Shown here piece after piece: positions 1-7,205 of a stretch of DNA of 59,518 bases. The position numbers were made by a program, and so were the translations under genes. Below the pieces are notes generated by a model. It was not told where the DNA came from and ran no database searches. It saw only the letters and a list, made by a program, of their open reading frames with translations. Every line of letters begins with the position of its first letter. Position 1 is the first letter of the stretch. The stretch covers positions 1 to 59,518 of IMG/VR virus record IMGVR_UViG_3300025122_000016; one strand, 5' to 3'. The stretch comes from a virus (taxonomy: Duplodnaviria > Caudoviricetes).

Positions 1-145
1 TCCAGCATCGACTAACAGCTTATGTAGTCGGATAACCTCAAGTCTGACTTGCGGATCGGTAATCTGCAATTTTGACTCTGCCGGATGGGAATCAACAGCA
101 TCGTTGGCGCGTTTCAAGATTTTGAGAAGTAACCACGTCGGAACC
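1..145. repeat. Terminal direct repeat, left copy (assembly overlap of a circular/permuted genome)
   Basis: 1-145 equals 59374-59518 except C19 vs T59392; a reading frame continues across the junction. Confidence 0.95.
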
Positions 146-528
146 TTGGTTTCTTTAGCATAATCGTACCATCTGCTACCATCGGCCCAGTAGTGGTCAA
201 CACTTATCTCAAACTTGCCATCGACCTCTTTCCCGACGATCTCACCGTCCCATGACACATTCTTACCAAACGCCTTTTTATTGACGTTCCAGACCACACC
301 GAAGGATGCCTCAACATATTGCACCATGCGAGCGGTGTCTACTCCCTTCGGGCAATCCTTCACAATGTCAGTAAAAAGTGTGGCATTGAAGTGGTTGGCG
401 TAATGCTGGCCAGCAGAGACGAGCAGTTGGTGATACAGATCACGCATCGTTTTAGCTTTTGCGTGGACTGCTTTAATCTGCTTGGGAAGGTCGGCTTCTG
501 CAATGATTGATTTGATTGATGTGCTCAT
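1..528 (-). CDS. First early protein, 185 aa, spanning the circular junction (continues 59373..59344)
   Basis: Manual translation: ATG at 528, MSTSIKSIIAEADLPKQIKAVHAKAK...DAGLPLIEDKAA, TGA at 59346-59344; GAGGA RBS upstream; absent from the ORF track because it crosses the end. Confidence 0.85.
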   Translation of the reverse strand, partial: MSTSIKSIIAEADLPKQIKAVHAKAKTMRDLYHQLLVSAGQHYANHFNATLFTDIVKDCPKGVDTARMVQYVEASFGVVWNVNKKAFGKNVSWDGEIVGKEVDGKFEISVDHYWADGSRWYDYAKETKVPTWLLLKILKRANDAVDSHPAESKLQITDPQVRLEVIRLHKLLVDAG

Positions 529-540
529 AATAAATATTCC

Positions 541-1048
541 TCATGAGATTACGGATCACCGGAATTGGTAATCCCTCAATCAACCTACAGGTTCTGGTGT
601 TTACAACTTTGCAATGTATCCGGCGCCTACCGCCCGAGAAGGGCCGCGCTCAGTGCGCGGTGTCGCGTGGGACGCGATCGCTTACAACCCCATGTCAGCC
701 TATCGGCCTACCGTATCAAGGAATCTGCGGTGTAGCCCGCTTTCACCTACACCATCTTCAAACTACCAGTGGAGTCTGAATCAATCGGTGCAACTCTGGT
801 TCGATCCAATCACCATTACGCCATCTCAAGCGCGTTGGCCTACCACATTATTCACACTTGCCAAGCCCCGATACTCAAGTCACTTTCGATCATATCGCTA
901 CGGGAGTCAGATGCTACGTTGTGGTAGCGGATTATCCGGCGCCCTACCCGCTGTTCTTTAACGTCTGCTCGGCATGCACTAGCAAGACGTACATCCTTGC
1001 GACACCTTATTGTGCCGCTTGTTGGGCCTCGAATTGACAACCCAACAC
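541..1048 (-). ncRNA. Candidate long structured leader/ncRNA
   Basis: About 54% GC by hand count over 601-1020 in an otherwise AT-rich genome; at least 10 hairpins; A.C mismatches on + become G.U pairs on -; no convincing CDS. Confidence 0.55.
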
Positions 1049-1052
1049 CCAC

Positions 1053-1058
1053 ATTATA
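1053..1058 (-). promoter_or_regulatory. Sigma70-type -10 box (TATAAT) of the leftward early promoter
   Basis: Perfect TATAAT on -; predicted start ~1047 coincides with the first hairpin; no clear -35. Confidence 0.5.
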
Positions 1059-1096
1059 CATAATCCGCACAATGTTTTCTTTATTTAAGGTTTTGA

Positions 1097-1109
1097 GATC
1101 AATGGTTTA
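1097..1109 (+). promoter_or_regulatory. IHF-like site
   Basis: GATCAATGGTTTA vs consensus WATCAANNNNTTR (1 mismatch) in the divergent control region. Confidence 0.3.
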
Positions 1110-1227
1110 CAAAAGGAACCCCTAATCCGCAGGCGGGGGTGTCCGACTTTCCGACGCAGCGGTTGCCCACCCCCATACATACATTAAAAAACTCACACGC
1201 ACACACTAAGGGGGCGTTTTATGCAGG

Positions 1228-1263
1228 ATTTTATGTGGCTTTGCTTAAAATTTTACATAAAAT
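1228..1263. promoter_or_regulatory. 9-bp inverted repeat (operator-like) upstream of the rightward promoter
   Basis: ATTTTATGT-N18-ACATAAAAT. Confidence 0.35.
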
Positions 1264-1295
1264 AATCTGAAGTGCGCCAGTTGGTACCCCTAATA

Positions 1296-1304
1296 TGCTA
1301 TAAT
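1296..1304 (+). promoter_or_regulatory. Extended -10 promoter (TGCTATAAT) for the rightward/late arm
   Basis: Perfect TGnTATAAT; ATG at 1311 lies at the expected +1. Confidence 0.6.
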
Positions 1305-1310
1305 ATAGGT

Positions 1311-1502
1311 ATGGGGAAGCGTAATATAGCAAGAATCAAGACTAAACCTAGGTCAAAGATTGATGTACCTGATATAGAGTATCTGGCAATGCCTGATTGG
1401 ATGGTTGATAAGGAGGGGACTGGTACCCATACTTCCATATATGAAGATTCTTTAGATGGTACTACTTGGTATGATGAACGTATCGAGACTGCACGGGGTT
1501 AA
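1311..1502 (+). CDS. Hypothetical protein (probably leaderless)
   Basis: ORF 1272..1502; ATG 1311 preferred as it lies just after the promoter. Confidence 0.6.
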   Translation: MGKRNIARIKTKPRSKIDVPDIEYLAMPDWMVDKEGTGTHTSIYEDSLDGTTWYDERIETARG

Positions 1503-1542
1503 GTTGTTGAATTTCATGGTAAATTTTTTTTGGGAGTAAAAA

Positions 1543-1710
1543 ATGGCAGTAAAAAAGAAAAAACAGGGTTATAATGATAGACTTGACGAGAGACTTGGCA
1601 TGACCCGTGGGAAACAGGGCGACAAAAAAATGTCTTCAGCTGGCCGTCGTGCTGTTTCTAAAGGGGCCCGAAAGAAGAAAGGGTCCTATGGCTTTAAGAA
1701 AGTCAAGTAG
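1543..1710 (+). CDS. Small Lys/Arg-rich protein, 55 aa
   Basis: MAVKKKKQGYNDRLDERLGMTRGKQGDKKMSS...KKVK; GGGAG RBS; below the ORF-track cutoff. Confidence 0.75.
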   Translation: MAVKKKKQGYNDRLDERLGMTRGKQGDKKMSSAGRRAVSKGARKKKGSYGFKKVK

Positions 1711-2191
1711 TTCTGCTGCGGATTATCCTTCCAGTTCAACGAATCCTGAACTTCCTATACTTGCCTTCCCTGATCCTAGATTAAGGAAGAAGGGTAAGGA
1801 TGTAAAGAAGGTTACGGATTCTGAGACAAACCTTGCAAGACGGATGGCTTATACAATGTATAGCAATGAAGGTATCGGCCTTGCTGCTACTCAGGTGAAT
1901 TTTCAAAAAAATATAATTGTAATGGACACCTCTGAAGAGAGGGATGATCTATACGTAATGATAAATCCTGAGATAGTGGCAAGGTCTGGTACCGCAAGAA
2001 CAAGTGAAGCCTGTTTGTCAGTGCCCGGGTTACGTGCTTTAGTAAACAGGTCTGAGGATATAATAGTAAAGTATACTGATTTGTCTGGTGTAGAGATAGA
2101 AGAAAATTTTAACGATATGCAATCTTACTGCGTACAGCATGAGATAGATCACCTCAATGGTAAAATATTAATTGATCATATAGCTAACTAA
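1688..2191 (+). CDS. def: Peptide deformylase
   Basis: Motif I GIGLAATQ, motif II EACLS, motif III QHEIDHLNG; N-terminal ILAFPDPRLR. Confidence 0.95.
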   Translation: MALRKSSSSAADYPSSSTNPELPILAFPDPRLRKKGKDVKKVTDSETNLARRMAYTMYSNEGIGLAATQVNFQKNIIVMDTSEERDDLYVMINPEIVARSGTARTSEACLSVPGLRALVNRSEDIIVKYTDLSGVEIEENFNDMQSYCVQHEIDHLNGKILIDHIAN

Positions 2192-2646
2192 TGAGCAAAA
2201 TAAGAAAGAGACAAGGTAGTGTTGTTCACTCCTCAGTGTGGGATAAAAACAACAAAGAAGAAGTTACGAAGATGTTTCATGAGGGAGCATCTATAGTTGA
2301 GGTGTGTAAGTTCTTAGGTATAAATAAATCCACATGGTACAGGTGGTTAAAGGACCCTAGGAAAAAAGATTTTCAAGATTCGGCGGAATTAGGTTTGGAG
2401 GCTTCCGAAGCTTACTGGGTAAGAATGGGGCGAGAGAATATTGAGAATAAAAGTTTCAATACAGCGCTGTATTCTTTCCTTATGGTTAATAAGTTTAATT
2501 ACAGGTCTGCTTACTCCAAACAGGAAAAGGATGTTAAGGAAGTAAAAGAACATAAGATAGAGGTCAAGAAGTCTGTAGACGTTGATTCTATTCTAGGCAA
2601 GCTAGAAGCAGCTATTCTAGTTGAGAGCAAGGAGCAAATACATTAA
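2191..2646 (+). CDS. Terminase small subunit-like HTH protein
   Basis: HTH (GASIVEVCKFLGINKSTWYRW) followed by an F..A.E.G...SEAYW...GR helix typical of TerS; upstream of TerL. Confidence 0.7.
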   Translation: MSKIRKRQGSVVHSSVWDKNNKEEVTKMFHEGASIVEVCKFLGINKSTWYRWLKDPRKKDFQDSAELGLEASEAYWVRMGRENIENKSFNTALYSFLMVNKFNYRSAYSKQEKDVKEVKEHKIEVKKSVDVDSILGKLEAAILVESKEQIH

Positions 2647-2846
2647 TGAATTTTAGTCATTTAAAAGAGATTGGTGAAAGTTATTTTTCCCATATGTTTT
2701 TTAGTTTTAAGATGTTTGTAATGCTTACAGTTTTATCTTGGGTTGCGCTTGTGCATTCAATCATTCCATTTGCGTTTACTTCATTTGTTTCTAGTAAGCT
2801 TGAAAACTTGAGTGACGCTTTGATTGCCAGAAACGAGGGGGTTTAG
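2646..2846 (+). CDS. Small membrane protein, DUF6356-like
   Basis: HLKEIGESYFSHM...HSIIPFAFT pattern; hydrophobic core. Confidence 0.65.
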   Translation: MNFSHLKEIGESYFSHMFFSFKMFVMLTVLSWVALVHSIIPFAFTSFVSSKLENLSDALIARNEGV

Positions 2847-2850
2847 TGTA

Positions 2851-2967
2851 ATGCCTAAAGTCGGCACAAAAAAATTCAGCTATACTGATAAGGGTAAGAA
2901 AGCGGCTAAGGCCTACTCCAAGAAAACAGGGAAAAAAGTAAAGAAGGCTTCCCCTAAGAGTTACTAA
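2851..2967 (+). CDS. Small basic phage protein, 38 aa
   Basis: MPKVGTKKFSYTDKGKKAAKAYSKKTGKKVKK...; TAATG-coupled to the next gene. Confidence 0.75.
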   Translation: MPKVGTKKFSYTDKGKKAAKAYSKKTGKKVKKASPKSY

Positions 2968-3341
2968 TGAAGGCCGCGATTATTATTTTATGGGCTTTGT
3001 TTTCTTTCGTTGATGCAAAAGCAGAAAAGCCAACCATATATAGAAATATGGTGACAATCCAAGTGCTGTGTAGTAGTGGTGGCCCTGAATTATTTATGAA
3101 AAAACTTCTTGATGATTATAATGAGAAGCCTGTTCACGCTATGGATCTCAGTTCACAAAGCGGGACGGATATGCAAATGTATATCACTGAGAATAGGAAT
3201 AATCCTAGTAGCACTCTCTTATTACATAATCGAGCGGGAGACAAGACCTGTATCTTCTGGACCGCAGAAGATTATCTAAAGACCATAGAAACAGAAAGTC
3301 TCCCAGCAAAGAAACCAGAGGGGATGAAACTTGAAAGTTGA
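2967..3341 (+). CDS. Hypothetical exported protein
   Basis: N-terminal signal peptide-like sequence (MKAAIIILWALFSFVDAKA). Confidence 0.7.
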   Translation: MKAAIIILWALFSFVDAKAEKPTIYRNMVTIQVLCSSGGPELFMKKLLDDYNEKPVHAMDLSSQSGTDMQMYITENRNNPSSTLLLHNRAGDKTCIFWTAEDYLKTIETESLPAKKPEGMKLES

Positions 3342-3633
3342 CCCTAAATTTTTTGGATTCCTATTATTCCTGCTTATCCAGACAGGTAGTGCTATCTGGT
3401 GGGCATCTGATATCTCTGCCGAGGTGGAGCGTTTGGCTGGCATTCAAGGCAGGGCAATACCAGCTCTTGAAGCAGAGGCTAAACAATGCGGCATAGAGAT
3501 ACACAACCTAAAGAAGTTGACAGGGGATCAAGAGAAGGTGGCAGAATCTGTAAAGAACTTGGATGTTATGCTCTACAGATTAGAAACCATTGAGAACATG
3601 TTGGATAAAATCTTAGCGACGAAGGTGAGATAA
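3331..3633 (+). CDS. Single-TM coiled-coil protein (lysis/holin-region-like)
   Basis: N-terminal TM followed by heptad-rich helix. Confidence 0.6.
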   Translation: MKVDPKFFGFLLFLLIQTGSAIWWASDISAEVERLAGIQGRAIPALEAEAKQCGIEIHNLKKLTGDQEKVAESVKNLDVMLYRLETIENMLDKILATKVR

Positions 3634-3911
3634 TGGCTGAGTATACGGGTCCAGAGCGACGGGGTAATGGCGGATGGCACTTATCTAAAAGCCTCAGCGT
3701 TTCTCATTTATTTACCACGGTTGCAATCGCGATTGGGTTCTTTACCTATCTCACAGGTATAGAGCAGGAAACAGTAGTTAATAGAATGGAATTAAAAAGT
3801 CTGTCTGAAAGAATGGACAGAACAGATCAAAGACATTCAGAACAGTTTGTAGAAATAAAAGATATGTTAAAATCCTTAACTGTTAAAATAGACAACTTAA
3901 AGACGAGGTAA
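3633..3911 (+). CDS. Single-TM coiled-coil protein (holin-like candidate)
   Basis: YTGPERR N-terminus, one TM, C-terminal coiled coil. Confidence 0.6.
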   Translation: MAEYTGPERRGNGGWHLSKSLSVSHLFTTVAIAIGFFTYLTGIEQETVVNRMELKSLSERMDRTDQRHSEQFVEIKDMLKSLTVKIDNLKTR

Positions 3912-3915
3912 GATA

Positions 3916-4035
3916 ATGCATCCCCAACCTGTTAACGGAACAAGACGAAGGAACAGAACTGCTATGCAAGCCAGATTAAAAGAAAGAGCCAGATCAAGGT
4001 CTAGGTTCTCATTACCAAAGAAAGGCGGTAAATAG
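3916..4035 (+). CDS. Small Arg-rich protein, 39 aa
   Basis: MHPQPVNGTRRRNRTAMQARLKERARSRSRFSLPKKGGK; GAGG RBS; fills the intergenic gap. Confidence 0.6.
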   Translation: MHPQPVNGTRRRNRTAMQARLKERARSRSRFSLPKKGGK

Positions 4036-4037
4036 TC

Positions 4038-4949
4038 ATGTCATTCCAAGATCCAGACGCTGACACAGATCCTTATGGCGCTGGCGAATCAGCAGGAGGT
4101 ACAGATGCTGGTGCTAATGTAAGTGCGACTGGTCCTGCTACTGCTGGAGATACAGACGGCGGTGGTTCAGTATCGACACAGGAGCAAGATCAACGCGATC
4201 CTACTAGAGGCAGAGATGAATCCTATGGCAGGACATCCGAGAGAGATCGCGGAATAGATGCGTATGCAACTGTAGTAGAGGCGCTAGATAATGATGTTTC
4301 AGCTTTGACCAGCAACATCGCAAATGTTGAAACGGACACTCAGGTTGATTCCTTTACCTCTCAGTTTGCTACTCCCGTAACGGAGAAGGATGCCCCGTTT
4401 TATGGAAAATTTGATCCTAAAGATCCCAGACGGTCTTCTTACGACAAAGAAGCTGTTGATTGGTATGATATAATAGCCAAGGAAGAAAAATCCACAGAGG
4501 CAAAAAGAGCCGGCCTTCACACAAGCGCTGCCGCTTTACGTACAGCAAAGAGCTTCCTTGGACCACTTGGTGCTTTTTTTGGCCCTGTGCCTACCAGAGA
4601 TGAGATTGACGCCATGACCCCCAAAGAGGTTAATAAGGCGGTGGATGATATCAACGCTAAGCAACAAGAACAAGAAGCGGAACAGGAAGGGTTATCAACC
4701 GGCGAAGATGATCGTAAAGTAATGCAGGATCGGGTCACTATAAAGAAATTCAGGGACGAGTACGAATGGGCAGAGGGGCTGTCTGATGATGTTGTCTTAG
4801 CTTATGCTAAAGACCCAACCCTGCTCCAGTTAAAACTAGACAATGTAAGGATGTTAGATACGATTGAGGCGGGGCAAGCTAAGCCAGCTTTGACTTCAGG
4901 AGTATCACCAAGACAGGTTATATATAACCCAATGTCTGTTTATGCCTAA
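4038..4949 (+). CDS. Hypothetical acidic low-complexity protein
   Basis: 303-aa ORF with D/G/T-rich N-terminus. Confidence 0.75.
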   Translation: MSFQDPDADTDPYGAGESAGGTDAGANVSATGPATAGDTDGGGSVSTQEQDQRDPTRGRDESYGRTSERDRGIDAYATVVEALDNDVSALTSNIANVETDTQVDSFTSQFATPVTEKDAPFYGKFDPKDPRRSSYDKEAVDWYDIIAKEEKSTEAKRAGLHTSAAALRTAKSFLGPLGAFFGPVPTRDEIDAMTPKEVNKAVDDINAKQQEQEAEQEGLSTGEDDRKVMQDRVTIKKFRDEYEWAEGLSDDVVLAYAKDPTLLQLKLDNVRMLDTIEAGQAKPALTSGVSPRQVIYNPMSVYA

Positions 4950-5031
4950 AGGCAGTGGGTAATGCCAGTCTACCCGAAACAAGCATAGTTGTTTTAAATT
5001 AAGGTGTACAAACGGTGTATAACAAAGGAGT
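4943..5031 (+). promoter_or_regulatory. Structured 5' UTR (possible H-type pseudoknot plus hairpins)
   Basis: GGCA(4951-54)/TGCC(4963-66) and GGGTA(4957-61)/TACCC(4971-75); AAACAA/TTGTTT hairpin; then AAGGAG RBS. Confidence 0.35.
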
Positions 5032-5037
5032 GATATT

Positions 5038-5337
5038 ATGTCAATTAGATTAGTAAGCAGTCAAGCAAGGGCAATGGACAGGATGTTCGAAAGAATGATG
5101 GGATTTACTGGGCAAGCCAATCCATTAACTATGATAGATAATGTATTTGATAGATTTGAGAGGTTTAGTAGAGAAGCATCTCTCCCGGCTGACGGCGCAG
5201 AATTTACATTATATGAGATGGTTCCGACCACTTACAGGGCTGAGAGGCAATCCGATGGATCTGTCCTCTTCAAGGTTGTAACCAAAGATAAGGAAGAGGA
5301 AGATGCCGATACAGCGGTGCAAGCTGAAAAACGGTAG
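5038..5337 (+). CDS. Hypothetical protein with an sHsp-like N-terminal arm
   Basis: Strong RBS; MDRMFERMMGF...DNVFDRFERF; no recognisable alpha-crystallin domain. Confidence 0.7.
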   Translation: MSIRLVSSQARAMDRMFERMMGFTGQANPLTMIDNVFDRFERFSREASLPADGAEFTLYEMVPTTYRAERQSDGSVLFKVVTKDKEEEDADTAVQAEKR

Positions 5338-5359
5338 ACAAGGGTGGACAGAAGGGTAA
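5303..5359 (+). pseudogene. Truncated remnant of a small basic phage gene
   Basis: MPIQRCKLKNGRQGWTEG* with GAGGA RBS; stop abuts the TerL ATG. Confidence 0.4.
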
Positions 5360-7024
5360 ATGATATTACCCAATATATCTTCTGGCGTCTATGCTAATAC
5401 TAAGAATGCAGAAGCAGCAGTTCAGTTTGCAGAATGGGCATTACTAGCTGAATATGATAAGGCAGTTAAGGCATATGCTGACTGCCATAAGGATCCTAAT
5501 ATTGATGATAGTTTTATTAGGACTCTTTGCCAGCTTGACAGGTATTACCTTGGTGTTTTTATTTGCAACAGGCATGATATGCTTCATCCATGGATCTATG
5601 AAAGGTGCAGGGAGGTAGAGGCAAATAGAGATAACTATTTAGATTTATGGGCTCGTTTTCATTATAAAAGCTCTATTATAACTTTTTTGGGTTGTGTGCA
5701 AGAGGTCCTTTGTAATCCAGAGATTACAATAGGTATATTATCATTTTCAGCTAAACAGGCTAAGCCATTCCTCAGACAGCTAATGCAGGAGTTTGAGAGC
5801 AATGAAAATCTTGTAAGGTTGTTTAGTGATATCCTATGGGAAAAGCCTAGAACGCAGGCACCTAAGTGGGCAGAGAATGATGGGCTATGTGTAAAGAGAA
5901 AGTCTAACCCTAAAGAGCAAACTATAGAAGCTCATGGCCTTGTTGATGGTCAGCCTACAGGTAGGCATTTTCAACTGATAGTATACGATGATGTAGTTGT
6001 TCAAGATGCAGTATCAACCCCTGAGCAGATAGCCAAGACAACAACCCAGTGGGAGCTATCTCTTAACTTGGGATCTACTCATGGCCCTAGATTTCAGTAC
6101 GCAGGGACAAGATACTCGTATGGTGATACCTATGGGACAATACTACAAAGAGCTGCCGTAAAGCCAAGAATACATCCAGCTACAGATAATGGCGCGATGG
6201 ATGGCGATCCTATCTTTCTAGAAAAGGAAAGATGGGAAGAGATAAAGAAAACAACATCTACCTATATAGTAGCCTGTCAGCAATTGCTGAACCCTATTGC
6301 AGGCTCTGATATACATTTCAGAGATGAGTGGTGGCGTGAGTGGGAAGTAAGACCGTACACTATGAATGTCTACCTGATGTGCGACCCAGCCCACTCCAAG
6401 AAGAAAGAATCTAATAGGACAGCTATGGCTGTTGTAGGAGTAGATGCTAACTATAACAAGTTTCTATTAGACGGGGTTTGTCATAGACTTTCTTTATCGG
6501 AGAGGTGGGATTCCTTAAAGAAGTTAAGAGCTAAATGGAAAAGAGCTCCGGGGGTGCGAGAGGTAAAGGTTGGCTATGAAAGGTATGGAGCGCAAAGCGA
6601 CATAGAGCACTTCAAGGAAATGATGCGTATAGAGGGAAGTTCCTTTCCTATATACGAATTGAACTGGGTTGGTGGAGGCGGCTCCCAATCTAAGAAGGAT
6701 AGAATACAGAGGCTTGAACCAGACCTAAAGGATGGGTCTTTCTTTTTCCCATATCCAACTAATGAGAAAAGACTAACATCTAGTCAACAGGGCATGATAG
6801 AAAGAAAGCAGAAATTTTTAAATTCAAGAAAAATCGTATGTAAGGATGAGAACAATAAGTTGTACGATCTAACTACTTGGATGAGGGAAAACGAGTATAG
6901 ACTTTTCCCCACTATACATCCAGATTTTTTAGATGCGCTATCAAGGATTTATGACATGGACCCAGCCCCTCCCTTACTTAGAAGAAACAAGGTTCTAGAA
7001 CCTAATGCGGAGGCCTCCTTCTAA
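5360..7024 (+). CDS. terL: Terminase large subunit
   Basis: Walker A-like ARFHYKS, TGRHF, Walker B LIVYDD, GTRY coupling motif, nuclease MCDPA...DFLDAL. Confidence 0.9.
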   Translation: MILPNISSGVYANTKNAEAAVQFAEWALLAEYDKAVKAYADCHKDPNIDDSFIRTLCQLDRYYLGVFICNRHDMLHPWIYERCREVEANRDNYLDLWARFHYKSSIITFLGCVQEVLCNPEITIGILSFSAKQAKPFLRQLMQEFESNENLVRLFSDILWEKPRTQAPKWAENDGLCVKRKSNPKEQTIEAHGLVDGQPTGRHFQLIVYDDVVVQDAVSTPEQIAKTTTQWELSLNLGSTHGPRFQYAGTRYSYGDTYGTILQRAAVKPRIHPATDNGAMDGDPIFLEKERWEEIKKTTSTYIVACQQLLNPIAGSDIHFRDEWWREWEVRPYTMNVYLMCDPAHSKKKESNRTAMAVVGVDANYNKFLLDGVCHRLSLSERWDSLKKLRAKWKRAPGVREVKVGYERYGAQSDIEHFKEMMRIEGSSFPIYELNWVGGGGSQSKKDRIQRLEPDLKDGSFFFPYPTNEKRLTSSQQGMIERKQKFLNSRKIVCKDENNKLYDLTTWMRENEYRLFPTIHPDFLDALSRIYDMDPAPPLLRRNKVLEPNAEASF

Positions 7025-7203
7025 TGGCTAGAAAGTTTAGAGTTGGGGGTAGAAAAAGATACAAGCCTATGCGACCAGCATATAGGATGACCAATGGAAG
7101 AATTTTTTATGAGAAGCGTGGAGATAACCAAGGTGCCTATGATGTTAAATTTCCCTATGTTCAAAATTACTATTGGGTTGACGGGTATACGGTAGTAGAT
7201 TAA
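7024..7203 (+). CDS. Small protein, 59 aa (basic N-terminus, YVQNYYWVDGY tail)
   Basis: TAATG-coupled to TerL; manual translation. Confidence 0.7.
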   Translation: MARKFRVGGRKRYKPMRPAYRMTNGRIFYEKRGDNQGAYDVKFPYVQNYYWVDGYTVVD

Positions 7204-7205
7204 TT

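Noticed and set aside
1-145. 145-bp repeat as a physical direct terminal repeat
   Set aside because: It falls in the middle of a coding sequence and has assembler-overlap length; more likely a circularisation artefact.
682-703. YNPMS.Y peptide shared by ORF 614..961 and the end of 4038..4949
   Set aside because: Short match, DNA differs at several positions, and 614..961 is probably not translated; treated as chance.
787-815. GGTTCGATCC...CACCA looks like a tRNA T-loop and CCA end
   Set aside because: T-stem has only 3 bp, no D or anticodon arm can be built, and G.U polarity of neighbouring stems favours the opposite strand.
215-1070. ORFs 215..403, 319..510, 543..779, 614..961, 852..1070
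   Set aside because: Antisense to the junction-spanning gene or within the structured leader; no RBS and atypical composition.
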